Positions 54,371 through 64,000 of a stretch of 64,000 bases of DNA are shown here, piece by piece. A program made the translations under genes and the position numbers. The stretch lies in contig JBNKOC010000016.1 of assembly GCA_050294405.1 (NCBI GenBank), positions 160,001-224,000 of the forward strand, written 5' to 3'. Source of the stretch: Fibrobacteria bacterium. GTDB taxonomy: Bacteria; Fibrobacterota; Fibrobacteria; UBA11236; JADFYW01. The notes under the pieces are model-generated. The model did not search any database and was not told the origin of the DNA. It saw only the letters and a program-made list of their open reading frames with translations. Each line of letters opens with the position of its first letter. Positions within the stretch are counted from its first letter, which is position 1.

Positions 54371-55234
54371 GTGAATACGAACGGGGTTGACCTTCACAAA
54401 ACTTTGGAAACTAGGAAATTTGAGAGCGGGCTGTGTGTGCACAGCATTACTTTAAAATCCTGGTCTTTAGAGGAGTGTTTAACTGCTTTACCTAGAGCAG
54501 GCGTTAAGGGTATTACCATTTGGCGCCAGGCTGTTGAAGGAAAAGATTTATCCTTGGTTCGAAAACAAATTGAAGATTCGGGCCTAAGCTTGGTTTCTTA
54601 TTGCAGGGGCGGATTTTTCCCCCACAGCGACACCGCAGAAAGACAAAAAAATATAAGGGAAAATTTGCGGGCTATGGAAGAGGCTTATGCTCTGGGTGCC
54701 CCCAGTTTGGTTTTGGTTTGCGGTGCCCATCCGGGCCAGTCTTTGGAAGAGAGCCGACGGCAAATTGTGGATGGAATTCGCGCCCTATTGCCCAAAGCCG
54801 AAGAGTATAAGCTGAAATTATCCATTGAGCCCTTGCATCCCATGTATGCGGCAGAGCGCAGCGCCGTAAACACATTAAAGCAGGCCAACGACATGTGCGA
54901 GGAAATAAACCATCCCCTGGTTGGGGTGGCTGTGGATGTATACCACCTTTGGTGGGACCCGGATTTGGAAAAAGAAATCAAACGCTGTGGTGAAAATAAT
55001 TGGCTTTTTGCCTATCACATTTGCGATTGGAAAAGTCCCACGGAAGATATGTTAAATGACAGAGGTTTGATGGGGGAAGGATGTATCCCTATTCAAGAAA
55101 TTACAAACTGGGTGCAGGCCAGTGGTTTTAACGGTTTTGAAGAGGTGGAAATATTTTCCCATAAATGGTGGGCGGAAGATCCCGCGTATTTTTTAGAAGA
55201 AATTATCAAATCCTACAGAGCTTTAAAATCCTGA
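54371..55234 (+). CDS. sugar phosphate isomerase/epimerase (AP endonuclease 2 TIM barrel)
   Basis: SYCRGGFF, IEPLHPMYA, DVYHLWWDP, YHICDW, DRGLMGEG, EVEIFS. Confidence 0.88.
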   Translation: MNTNGVDLHKTLETRKFESGLCVHSITLKSWSLEECLTALPRAGVKGITIWRQAVEGKDLSLVRKQIEDSGLSLVSYCRGGFFPHSDTAERQKNIRENLRAMEEAYALGAPSLVLVCGAHPGQSLEESRRQIVDGIRALLPKAEEYKLKLSIEPLHPMYAAERSAVNTLKQANDMCEEINHPLVGVAVDVYHLWWDPDLEKEIKRCGENNWLFAYHICDWKSPTEDMLNDRGLMGEGCIPIQEITNWVQASGFNGFEEVEIFSHKWWAEDPAYFLEEIIKSYRALKS

Positions 55235-55256
55235 CAACACCAAGGGAAGGTATGTT

Positions 55257-56438
55257 TTGAAACAGATAAAAATTGGCATCATCATGAACGGAGTTACTGG
55301 GAGAATGGGCACAAACCAACATTTGGTGCGCTCCGTACTAGCTATTATGAAACAAGGCGGCGTGGCGCTGGATTCCCAAACATCTATAATGCCCGATCCC
55401 ATTTTAGTGGGCCGAAATGAAGAAAAGCTTAAAAAGCTGGCAGAAGAGTATTCTGTTAAAAAATGGTCCACAGACCTGGAGAGTTGCTTAGCGGACCCCT
55501 ATTATAAAATTTACTTTGATGCCCAGGCCACTTCTCTCCGGCCAGATGCTTTAAGGCTGGCCGCTAAAGCGGGCAAAGATATATATTGCGAAAAGCCCAT
55601 AGCCGATAACTTACAGGAAAGCCTTGATGTAGCTCGTGATGTTATGGCAACTGGTGTCAAGAACGGTGTCGTTCAGGATAAATTGTGGTTGCCCGGCTTG
55701 ATAAAGCTCAAGCGAAAAATTGATGAAGGCTTTTTTGGCCGGATATTTTCCATTAAAGGTGAGTTTGGCTATTGGGTATTCGATGGGAAAAAAGTTCCCG
55801 CCCAGAGGCCTAGCTGGAATTACCGCAAAGAAGACGGGGGAGGCCTGGTTGTGGATATGCTCTGTCATTTTCGCTATGTTATTGATAATTTGTTCGGTGA
55901 AATAGAGTCTGTTTCATGTACTACAGACACTCAAATTAAAGAACGATTGGACGAAAACGGAAAGCCTTATGTTTGTACGGCTGATGACGCTGCTTTTGCC
56001 ACTTTTCAATTGAAAAACGGGGCTATTTGCCAGATCAACAGCAGCTGGAACACACGGGTGAAACGGGACGATTTATTCACCTTGCAGGTAGATGGGACCA
56101 AGGCTTCCGCCGTGGCAGGGCTTACAAAATGTTGGGTGCAAACGGGTGAAAATACACCTCGTTTCATTTGGAACCCTGATGAAGATGACGGCACCATTTA
56201 CGATTCAGGATGGGAAGAAATTTACAAGGAAGAATCCTTTGAAAATGCTTTTAAAATTCAATGGGAATTGTTTTTAAAGCATGTATGTAACAATGAAGAA
56301 TTCAGATGGAATTTAGCAGAGGGCTCCAAAGGCATACAGCTGGCCGAAAGGGCCCTAGAATCCAATCAAAACAGAGCCTGGGTGGATTTGGAAAATATAG
56401 AAGACCTTCTTTCGGTTTCAAAAGCCCAGTTGTCATAA
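55257..56438 (+). CDS. Gfo/Idh/MocA-family oxidoreductase
   Basis: GIIMNGVTGRMG, IYCEKP, GVVQDKL, QRPSWNYRKEDGGG..DMLCH; TTG start. Confidence 0.9.
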   Translation: MKQIKIGIIMNGVTGRMGTNQHLVRSVLAIMKQGGVALDSQTSIMPDPILVGRNEEKLKKLAEEYSVKKWSTDLESCLADPYYKIYFDAQATSLRPDALRLAAKAGKDIYCEKPIADNLQESLDVARDVMATGVKNGVVQDKLWLPGLIKLKRKIDEGFFGRIFSIKGEFGYWVFDGKKVPAQRPSWNYRKEDGGGLVVDMLCHFRYVIDNLFGEIESVSCTTDTQIKERLDENGKPYVCTADDAAFATFQLKNGAICQINSSWNTRVKRDDLFTLQVDGTKASAVAGLTKCWVQTGENTPRFIWNPDEDDGTIYDSGWEEIYKEESFENAFKIQWELFLKHVCNNEEFRWNLAEGSKGIQLAERALESNQNRAWVDLENIEDLLSVSKAQLS

Positions 56439-56446
56439 ATTATCCC

Positions 56447-57856
56447 ATGATTAGCATAACGGAATCCCAATTTTACTACACTGTGGTTAAAACCCGGATT
56501 CCCTTTGTTTTTGGCCGCTCCGTATTGCGGGCTATGCCTGTTCTTTACCATCAGTTGACTGCTGAAAAAGATGGAAAACATTTTGAAGGAGTAAGCGCTT
56601 TTGGCATTCCGCCTCTGTGGTTCGACAAGTCTCCAGAGGCCAGTCACGAAAGTAACATAAGGGATATTATTTCCGCAATTTCCTTTTGCCGGAAATTTGT
56701 CTTGGAAAACAAATACAATTCCATATATAAGGTGCATAAAGCTATGGACTTTGCCTTTAAGGAATCGTCTTTGAGCAAACTAGATGGTTTGATTTTAAGT
56801 GCGGCAATGGCTTTTTTTGACAATGCCTTGGTAGATGGTTTTTGTCGATTGGAAAACAAAAGCTTTTTTGAATTATTAAAACTCAATGCTTTTGGAATGG
56901 AAAACTTTCCCGTGGAAAAACTTCCCGATAAACCTTTATCTAAAATTGGATATCGACATACAGTGGGGATTAGCGATGCGATTTGTGCTAAAGATGTTTT
57001 AAATCCAGTGGGGGATGGCCTTCCAGAAAGCTTGGAAGAAGTTTTAGGCTTTTATGGGCCCCGATTTTTAAAAATAAAAATCAATGGGCAAATAAAAGAA
57101 AGCATCCAAAGGCTGTTAGAAATTGAAAGCCTATTGGGCCATAAAAGCGCAGACTTTAAGCTGAGTCTGGATGGCAACGAACAATTCAAAAGCATGGAAG
57201 AGTTTTATGAATTTGTAATCTTGGCTAAAGAGGAACCGGGCCTGGCGTACTTTTGGAATAAACTTCTTTGGGTGGAACAACCCGTTTACAGGGCTTGCGC
57301 CCTTGAAGACTCTGTAAAATCCTGGATGGAAAAAATATCAAGCGGTATTCCTGTGATAATCGATGAATCGGATTCTTCCGAAGACGCTTTAGTTAAAGCG
57401 CGCCGTTTGGGGTATTCAGGCATATCAGCAAAAAACTGTAAAAGTGTATTTCGAACCTTAAGCAGTTACAGATACATCTGTAATAATGATCTGGACTTTA
57501 TTTTGTCCAGTGAAGATTTAACCAACGTTCCCATTGTACCCCTACATCAGGATTTATGTGTGGCCGCAGCCCTTGGAATTGAACACAGCGAAAGGAATGG
57601 TCACCATTACATTCGAGGTTCGGAGTTTTTATCTGAGAAAGAACGCCGCAGTCTTACTGCTGAATATGGAAATATGTATACTCTGTCATCTGGGTTACCA
57701 GTGGTCCATATTGAAAAAGGCGAGTTGGATTTGGAAAAAATTAATAATTGTTTTTTTGGCGTTAAAAATTTTCCGGATTTTAATTTTATGAATTCCCTGG
57801 ATATGGAAAATCCCGGAATTTCCCAAATGTTGCTGGAAATGGAGAAAAATATATGA
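56447..57856 (+). CDS. enolase-superfamily (mandelate racemase-like) dehydratase/epimerase
   Basis: LKIK (KxK), LDGNE, VEQP, IIDES metal-ligand pattern, SAKNCK, SSEDL, ERNGHHY; ATG at 56447 follows the upstream stop. Confidence 0.72.
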   Translation: MISITESQFYYTVVKTRIPFVFGRSVLRAMPVLYHQLTAEKDGKHFEGVSAFGIPPLWFDKSPEASHESNIRDIISAISFCRKFVLENKYNSIYKVHKAMDFAFKESSLSKLDGLILSAAMAFFDNALVDGFCRLENKSFFELLKLNAFGMENFPVEKLPDKPLSKIGYRHTVGISDAICAKDVLNPVGDGLPESLEEVLGFYGPRFLKIKINGQIKESIQRLLEIESLLGHKSADFKLSLDGNEQFKSMEEFYEFVILAKEEPGLAYFWNKLLWVEQPVYRACALEDSVKSWMEKISSGIPVIIDESDSSEDALVKARRLGYSGISAKNCKSVFRTLSSYRYICNNDLDFILSSEDLTNVPIVPLHQDLCVAAALGIEHSERNGHHYIRGSEFLSEKERRSLTAEYGNMYTLSSGLPVVHIEKGELDLEKINNCFFGVKNFPDFNFMNSLDMENPGISQMLLEMEKNI

Positions 57857-59553
57857 GTGAACCACAATCCCAATTTGAGGCTGAGAAAAAAATGTTAAAA
57901 GAGGCTCAGAGCAAAGGTGCCGGAGCCACAATAAAAACATACATCAAACTTTCTGGACCAGGTTGGCTTCAAAGCGCTATTACTCTGGGTGGAGGTTCAT
58001 TAGCCGGAGCTTTGTTTTTAGGAGTTATTGGCGGATACAGCATGTTATGGGTTCAATTACTGGCCATGATATTGGGAGTAATCATGTTGTCGGCCATTAG
58101 CTATGTGACTCTTTCCACAGGCCAAAGCCCCTTTAAAGGGATTCGGGAGCATATTAACCCTGTTCTTGCCTGGGGATGGATAATAGCCTCTTTAATGGCA
58201 AATATGGTTTGGGTTCTTCCTCAATATTCTCTGGCCTATGGAGCTATTACCCAAAATCTTTTTCCCAGCTTATTTGATAATCCGGAAAGCTTGGGGGCCA
58301 AGTACACTGTCTCCATTTTAATACTTATTGTAGTGACCTCCATTACTTTTTTTTACGGCAGTAAGGGTCTGGGAATAAAAATTTACGAAACCGCCTTGAA
58401 ATTGGTGGTGGCGCTAATTGTAATCAGCTTTGTGGGTGTGGTGGTAAAACTGTTGTTTAGCCCCCAAGGCTTACCCATTGGTCAAATTATCCTTGGATTT
58501 ATCCCAAACCCTTCCAGTTTCTTTTCTCCCGCCCCCAGCTATCAGGAAGCATTAAATGCTATTGTTTTCGAACCGGCCAGAGAATATTGGGAGGCTGTTA
58601 TTTTGGAAGCTCAACGCAGCCGCATGATAGCAGCTGCGTCGGCCGCGGTGGGAATTAACATGACTTTTTTGCTGCCTTATTCTCTTCTTTCCAAAAAGTG
58701 GGATAAAAACTTCAGGGGGCTTGCCATATTTGATTTGTCCACTGGTATGATTGTTCCTTTTTTGATTGCTACTTCCTGTGTGGTAATAGCTTCCGCATCT
58801 ATGTTCCACGGAAAGGCCTTTGATGGACTGCTCATTGAAAATAATGGAAAACTTGAACTGAATTCCGATCCGGCAATGGCAAAAACTGTGGGAGCCTATA
58901 ATGGCCAGGTTTCCAAGCGCAACGCAGCCCTTGGAGGAAATAATGAGCTGGAAGAAGCGGAAATGAAAATAGCCGCTATGTTAATACCAAGAAGCAACGC
59001 CCAATTCGCCAAGTCACTAAGCGCCCTGGTTGGAAATTCCACCGCTAATACCGTTTTTGGGCTGGGTGTATTGGCTATGGGAATGTCCACCATTAGCTTG
59101 CTTATGTTAATATCGGGCTTTGTGTTTTGCGAAATATTTGGATTTGAGCATGGAGGCTGGCAGCACAGGTTGGGGACTTTGGCTCCAATTACAGGTTTGT
59201 TATGGCCCTTCTTATGGTCTGGACAGTCTTTGGTTTATTTGGCCATACCCACCTCCGTTTTTGGATATGTATTGCTTCCAGTGGCTTATCTCACTTTCTT
59301 TTTAATGATGAATTCCAAAAAATTACTGGGAGAAAACAGGCCTCAGGCGGGGCAACGAATCAAATGGAATATTTTAATGGGTATTTCTTTATTCCTCACA
59401 GGAACCGCTGCCATATATACAGCCTGGACCAAATCCATGAAAATTGGAAATACGGATATTGCCTTTGGAAAATGGGCCATTATCTTATTTGCTCTGGCGG
59501 TAATATTAGGTCAAATTTATATGTCAAAAAAAAATAAGATGGAAAATAACTAG
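57853..59553 (+). CDS. NRAMP/MntH-superfamily membrane transporter
   Basis: GPGWLQSAITLGGGS, AVGINMTFL, STISLLM, about 12 TM segments; lacks the DPGN metal-binding motif. Confidence 0.78.
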   Translation: MSEPQSQFEAEKKMLKEAQSKGAGATIKTYIKLSGPGWLQSAITLGGGSLAGALFLGVIGGYSMLWVQLLAMILGVIMLSAISYVTLSTGQSPFKGIREHINPVLAWGWIIASLMANMVWVLPQYSLAYGAITQNLFPSLFDNPESLGAKYTVSILILIVVTSITFFYGSKGLGIKIYETALKLVVALIVISFVGVVVKLLFSPQGLPIGQIILGFIPNPSSFFSPAPSYQEALNAIVFEPAREYWEAVILEAQRSRMIAAASAAVGINMTFLLPYSLLSKKWDKNFRGLAIFDLSTGMIVPFLIATSCVVIASASMFHGKAFDGLLIENNGKLELNSDPAMAKTVGAYNGQVSKRNAALGGNNELEEAEMKIAAMLIPRSNAQFAKSLSALVGNSTANTVFGLGVLAMGMSTISLLMLISGFVFCEIFGFEHGGWQHRLGTLAPITGLLWPFLWSGQSLVYLAIPTSVFGYVLLPVAYLTFFLMMNSKKLLGENRPQAGQRIKWNILMGISLFLTGTAAIYTAWTKSMKIGNTDIAFGKWAIILFALAVILGQIYMSKKNKMENN

Positions 59554-59561
59554 GAGGATGT

Positions 59562-60107
59562 ATGGACAATGAATCTAATGGCGGGATGCATTATGACTTC
59601 TCCATATTCAGGGATTTAAGAAAGTCGCAAGGGTTAACCATTGCGGATGTCGCAGAGGCATCAGGCATTTCCACGGCTGTTATTTCCAGAATTGAGAGGA
59701 ACCAGGCGAGCCCTGAAATAAACACCCTTTACAGATTGGGGAAGGTTTTGGGCATCACTGCTACCGATTTGCTGGGATTGGCTGAGGCAAAAAACCCGCA
59801 AATTACTTCCGCTCAACATTATACATCAGGAAGTTTCCAGTTTCAGTATATTAAGTATCAAAACATGCAGTGTTTTTTAGGTTCAGCTCTTGGAGGGGCC
59901 ACGGTAAGTCGTCCCGAAGTACACCATAATGATATTGAAACCTGCTGGGTTTTGAGCGGTTCTGTGGAAATGAATATAAACGAAGAGATTCATATTTTAA
60001 AAGAGGGAGAGGCCATTCAATTTGATGGGGTATTAAAACATACTTACCGGGCTATGGAAGATTGCAAAATTCTTTTAATACATTTACCAAAGGCAAAAGG
60101 TTTGTAA
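59562..60107 (+). CDS. XRE-family HTH regulator with cupin domain
   Basis: LRKSQGLTIADVAEASGISTAVISRIERNQASP; HHNDIETCWVLSG, GEAIQFDG..KHTY. Confidence 0.9.
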   Translation: MDNESNGGMHYDFSIFRDLRKSQGLTIADVAEASGISTAVISRIERNQASPEINTLYRLGKVLGITATDLLGLAEAKNPQITSAQHYTSGSFQFQYIKYQNMQCFLGSALGGATVSRPEVHHNDIETCWVLSGSVEMNINEEIHILKEGEAIQFDGVLKHTYRAMEDCKILLIHLPKAKGL

Positions 60108-60111
60108 GACT

Positions 60112-61473
60112 ATGACAGCTATTTCTAAATCCACTCTGGATAATTTCTGGGATATATCAGGTAAAAAGATTCGCTTGCTTCAAAAGCGAAGCGGCCAATT
60201 AAAAGGTTCTCCTGTTTTTACCAAAATGGGGAAATATGTGGATCAAGGTTGGACCGAATGGACCCAGGGGTTTCAATTCGGATCCGCTATTTTGCAATTC
60301 GACGTTTGCCAGGAAAAAGAATTTTTAGAAATGGGGCGGGAAAATACTATCGCTAAAATGGCTCCCCATGTAAGTCATGGGGGAGTTCACGATCACGGTT
60401 TTAACAATGTTAGTACTTATGGGGCCTTGAGAAGATTGATACTTGAGGGAAAAATCCCTCAAAATGAATGGGAACTTCATTTTTACGAATTGGCTTTAAA
60501 AGTAAGTGGCGTAGTTCAGGCCAGGCGTTGGTCAGCTACAGCTGATGGTCTGGGATACATTTACTCTTTTAATGGGCCTCAGTCTCTTTTTGCAGATACC
60601 ATTCGATCCCTAAGGTCTTTATCAATGGCTTACTTACTAGGGCATAATTTTATGGGTGAAAATGACGTTAAAATTTCTTTTTTACAAAGGATTATTCATC
60701 ATGCTCTGGCCAGCTCTAAATACAATGTTTACTATGGCGAAGGCAGGGACAGTTGGGATATAAGGGGCCGAGTGGCACATGAATCCATTTTTAATGTAAA
60801 TGATAAACAATACCGTTGTCCCAGTACCCAACAGGGATATTCTGCTTTTAGCACCTGGACCCGGGGACTAGCCTGGATTTTATTAGGTGCTTCAGAACAG
60901 CTAGAGTTTTTTAACAGTTTAAAGGCAGAAGAGTTTGAAGGTTTGCATGGCGGCAATATCATTCGCCAGGAATTATTCAAAATGGCAAATGCCACCGCTG
61001 ATTTTTTTATGGCCCATTCAGCCACGGATGGAGTGCCGTATTGGGATACAGGTGCGCCTGGATTAATCAATCTAGGAGATTATTATAAAATTCCCTCTCA
61101 ACCCGATAATGATAATGAGCCTGTGGATTCTTCGGCTGCGGCAATTGCTGCCCAGGGATTTTTAAGGCTTTCCCAATTATGTAAGGACTCTTCAAAAGCT
61201 CAAAAGTATTTGAATTTTGCTGAACTCATCTTATCTACTTTGTTAAGAGAACCTTATTTGTCTTTTGACGAAGGGCACGAAGGTTTGCTTTTGCATTCGG
61301 TATACCATCGGCCTAAAAATTGGGATTATATTCCTCCGGGGAAAAAAATACCTATGGGTGAGTCCTCCATGTGGGGGGATTATCATTTAAGAGAAGCGGT
61401 ACTTCTTTATCAAAGAATGAAATTGGATAACAGTTATTATTGCTTTTTTAGCGCCGCTGGGGGAAAGAAATAA
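60112..61473 (+). CDS. GH88-like unsaturated glucuronyl hydrolase
   Basis: WTEWTQGF, HDHGF, FADT, TWTRGLAW, PYWD, DSSAAAIAA, WGDYH; no signal peptide. Confidence 0.82.
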   Translation: MTAISKSTLDNFWDISGKKIRLLQKRSGQLKGSPVFTKMGKYVDQGWTEWTQGFQFGSAILQFDVCQEKEFLEMGRENTIAKMAPHVSHGGVHDHGFNNVSTYGALRRLILEGKIPQNEWELHFYELALKVSGVVQARRWSATADGLGYIYSFNGPQSLFADTIRSLRSLSMAYLLGHNFMGENDVKISFLQRIIHHALASSKYNVYYGEGRDSWDIRGRVAHESIFNVNDKQYRCPSTQQGYSAFSTWTRGLAWILLGASEQLEFFNSLKAEEFEGLHGGNIIRQELFKMANATADFFMAHSATDGVPYWDTGAPGLINLGDYYKIPSQPDNDNEPVDSSAAAIAAQGFLRLSQLCKDSSKAQKYLNFAELILSTLLREPYLSFDEGHEGLLLHSVYHRPKNWDYIPPGKKIPMGESSMWGDYHLREAVLLYQRMKLDNSYYCFFSAAGGKK

Positions 61474-62255
61474 TGTCCGGTAACAATTCCAATGCAGAAA
61501 TAAAAACAGCCCTGGTTACTGGGGGTTCCAGGGGAATTGGCCTTGGGATTGTAAAACATCTGCTTAAGGAAAATTGGAAGGTTGCTGTTTGTGGACGGAA
61601 AACTCCTGAAGAAGCATCTGATTTTATCAAACAATATCCCGATGTTATATACACAGCATGCGATATGGCTGTTAAAGAGCAAAGGCATAAGTTACTGGAA
61701 GAGCTTAAACTTAAATTACCTTATATTAATTTATTAGTAAACAATGCAGGCATGGCTCCCCGGATACGAGCCGATATATTAGAGGCCAGTGAAGAGAGTT
61801 TTGATGAAATTATCAACGTAAATTTAAAGGGACCTTATTTTTTAACTCAATCCATGGCAAAATGGATGATTGAATCTCAGAATAAAATTAAAAATTTTAA
61901 CGGGAGCATTGTAAATATATCTTCCATCTCGGCCACAGTTGCATCTGTTTCCAGGGGAGATTATTGCATTTCTAAGGCTGGAATTTCTATGTCTACCCAA
62001 TTGTGGGCCACTCGATTGGCACAGCACGGAATTCCGGTTTTTGAATTAAGGCCTGGCATAATAAAAACAGATATGACCGCAGCAGTTACGGAAAAATACG
62101 ATAAATTAATCGCTGAGGGCTTATTGTTGATGCCGCGCTGGGGCACGCCGGAAGATGTGGGCAAAGCCGTTGCCATGTTAGCAAAAGGGGGGTTGCCCTA
62201 TGCAACAGGCCAGGCAATTTATCTGGATGGCGGATTAACTGTAAACAGACTATAA
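61473..62255 (+). CDS. short-chain dehydrogenase/reductase
   Basis: TGGSRGIG, NNAG, YCISK (YxxxK), RPGIIKTDMT, RWGTPEDV, DGG. Confidence 0.92.
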   Translation: MSGNNSNAEIKTALVTGGSRGIGLGIVKHLLKENWKVAVCGRKTPEEASDFIKQYPDVIYTACDMAVKEQRHKLLEELKLKLPYINLLVNNAGMAPRIRADILEASEESFDEIINVNLKGPYFLTQSMAKWMIESQNKIKNFNGSIVNISSISATVASVSRGDYCISKAGISMSTQLWATRLAQHGIPVFELRPGIIKTDMTAAVTEKYDKLIAEGLLLMPRWGTPEDVGKAVAMLAKGGLPYATGQAIYLDGGLTVNRL

Positions 62256-62275
62256 CCAATCAATAAAAGGAAATT

Positions 62276-63376
62276 ATGTCAATCATTACATTAAAAGAAA
62301 AATCTGAATGTAGATATGATATTTTATCACTCGGAGAGATTATGTTAAGATTGGATCCGGGAGAGGGTAGAATTCGCACAACCCGCAGCTTTCAAGTATG
62401 GGAAGGCGGCGGAGAGTATAACGTGGCCAGAGGTCTTAGAAAATGTTTTGGCCAGCGTGCGGCAGTGGTCACTGCCTTAGCGGATAACGATGTAGGCCGC
62501 CTGGTGGAAGATTTAATTATGCAGGGCGGCGTGGATGTCAGTCATATTAAGTGGGTGCCTTTTGATGGTCTGGGCCGAAATGTGCGCAATGGTTTAAACT
62601 TCACAGAAAAAGGTTTTGGGGTTCGATCTGCATTGGGAATTGCGGATAGGGGGCATACGGCTATTTCCCAGCTTAAAAAAGGCGATATTGATTGGGAATA
62701 TGTTTTTGGTGAACTGGGCGTGCGCTGGTTCCATACGGGAGGTATTTTTGCCGCACTTTCCGACACTGCTCCCGAAGTTTTGGAAGAGGCCATGTTATGT
62801 GCAAAAAAACACGGCACTGTTATTTCTTATGATTTGAATTATAGACCTAGCCTATGGAGCAGTTTTGGCGGCAAAGCCAGAGCTCAGGAAGTAAACAAAA
62901 AATTAGCTCCGCTTATTGATGTTATGATTGGAAACGAAGAGGACTTTACCGCTTGTTTAGGCTTTGAAGTGGAAGGGGCTGATGCCAATCTTACTGATTT
63001 GGAAATTGACAGCTTTAAGGATATGATTCAGAATGTGGTCAAAGCTTATCCCAATTTTAAGGTAATAGCTACTACCCTGAGGGCTGTTAAATCTGCTACC
63101 GTAAACGACTGGGGAGCTATTGCCTGGCATAATAACGAATTCGCGGAAGCTATCCACAGGCCAGAACTGGAAATCTATGACAGGGTAGGGGGGGGAGATT
63201 CCTTCGCCTCGGGTTTAATTTACGGAGTCATGTTTAAGGAAAAAATTTCGGAAGCCGTAAATTACGGAGCTGCTCATGGAGCTTTGGCCATGACTACGCC
63301 TGGTGATACATCTATGGCTAATTTAAAAGAGGTGGAAAAATTAGTGGCTGGGGCAAGCGCCCGGGTTGTCAGATAA
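62276..63376 (+). CDS. kdgK: 2-keto-3-deoxygluconate kinase (PfkB family)
   Basis: GEIMLRL, GGGEYNVA, WFHTGGI, SYDLNYR..LW, GNEED, DRVGGGDSF, TTPGD. Confidence 0.85.
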   Translation: MSIITLKEKSECRYDILSLGEIMLRLDPGEGRIRTTRSFQVWEGGGEYNVARGLRKCFGQRAAVVTALADNDVGRLVEDLIMQGGVDVSHIKWVPFDGLGRNVRNGLNFTEKGFGVRSALGIADRGHTAISQLKKGDIDWEYVFGELGVRWFHTGGIFAALSDTAPEVLEEAMLCAKKHGTVISYDLNYRPSLWSSFGGKARAQEVNKKLAPLIDVMIGNEEDFTACLGFEVEGADANLTDLEIDSFKDMIQNVVKAYPNFKVIATTLRAVKSATVNDWGAIAWHNNEFAEAIHRPELEIYDRVGGGDSFASGLIYGVMFKEKISEAVNYGAAHGALAMTTPGDTSMANLKEVEKLVAGASARVVR

Positions 63377-63393
63377 TTTACCCGGAGGCGCAA

Positions 63394-64000
63394 GTGGATA
63401 CTCAAAAAAAGTATACATTGCTTATATGCAATCCCGGTCATTTTCACGCAGCGCTTTCGCTGCGTTCATCCCATTCGTTGCTGTCATCTGATGTATATGT
63501 ATATAGTGAAGACAGCCCCGAATTAAAAAATTTCGAAAATTTTATTTCAGATTTTAATTCCAGGGAAGAAAACCCAACCAATTGGAAATTACATGTGTAC
63601 CGCGGCCCAGATTATCTGGAAAAATTAATTGCGGATAAAAATGGGGATGTGGCCATTTTAGCCGGAAAGAATAATGTTAAAATCAGCCACATCTCAAGAA
63701 TCGCTAAAGCCGGAATTCATGTATTAGCTGATAAACCCTGGCTTACGGATTTAGCTAATTTAAAACATTTGGAAGAGGCCAGCTCTCATACCGATATTTT
63801 AGTCAGAGATATAATGACGGAAAGATTTGAAATCACCACTATCCTTCAAAAATTATTTTTAAAAGAAAAAACAATTTTTGGTGAAATGGCACCTGATTCT
63901 AATGAATATCCCAGTATATACAAAGAATCCGTACATCACTTATATAAAATGGTAAATGGAAAACCCTTAAGGCGTCCCAATTGGTATTTTGACACTAACA
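63394..64000 (+). CDS. Gfo/Idh/MocA-like oxidoreductase, N-terminal part (runs off the window edge)
   Basis: Not in the ORF track. GTG at 63394 behind GGAGG; hand translation MDTQKKYTLLICNPGHFHAAL...FNSREENPTNW...GIHVLADKPW...DIMTERFE...ESVHHLYK..NGKPLRRPNWYFD, open to the end. Confidence 0.8.
   Translation, partial: MDTQKKYTLLICNPGHFHAALSLRSSHSLLSSDVYVYSEDSPELKNFENFISDFNSREENPTNWKLHVYRGPDYLEKLIADKNGDVAILAGKNNVKISHISRIAKAGIHVLADKPWLTDLANLKHLEEASSHTDILVRDIMTERFEITTILQKLFLKEKTIFGEMAPDSNEYPSIYKESVHHLYKMVNGKPLRRPNWYFDTN

Noticed and set aside
56306..56446. Long N-terminal extensions in the ORF track (also starts at 1811, 5635, 16602, 25994, 53372)
   Set aside because: They overlap upstream genes or lack an RBS; downstream starts fit better.
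523..63157. Numerous short ORF-track entries overlapping or antisense to assigned genes (e.g. 523-897, 15026-15412, 23673-24065, 27295-27780, 44384-44731)
   Set aside because: Shadow ORFs within well-supported genes, with no recognisable motifs.

Overview
AT-rich bacterial chromosomal window, densely coding, with no rRNA, tRNA, CRISPR array or mobile element that I can recognise. A FISUMP (Fibrobacter major paralogous) domain lipoprotein and a T9SS-like C-terminal domain suggest a Fibrobacterota organism (inference). All family calls come from motifs recalled by eye; no database search was run. Main blocks: (1) a truncated DUF3570-like barrel with three flavinylation-like motifs, downstream of a cytochrome c lipoprotein; (2) a phosphatase/phytase-like fusion; (3) a mannosylfructose/sucrose-type compatible-solute cluster with a phosphatase-glycosidase fusion; (4) olsBA-like acyltransferases, a glycosidase/PHP-GT4/radical SAM/GT operon and sixA-ppk-ppx, which together suggest phosphate economy and lipid remodelling; (5) slyD, DUF501, a BNR-4 protein and sodN; (6) an unusual three-gene beta-glucan synthase locus with a CBM11-like lipoprotein, a GH8 endoglucanase fused to BcsA, a short BcsC and no BcsB, which is the best candidate for a novel system; (7) a GMC oxidase operon behind tandem CRP-like boxes; (8) a TonB-dependent receptor and an ECF sigma/CBM48 anti-sigma module with two matching ECF promoters; (9) a tmpBA/tmsBA-like 10-methyl fatty acid pair; (10) an unsaturated-uronate catabolic operon running off the right edge.
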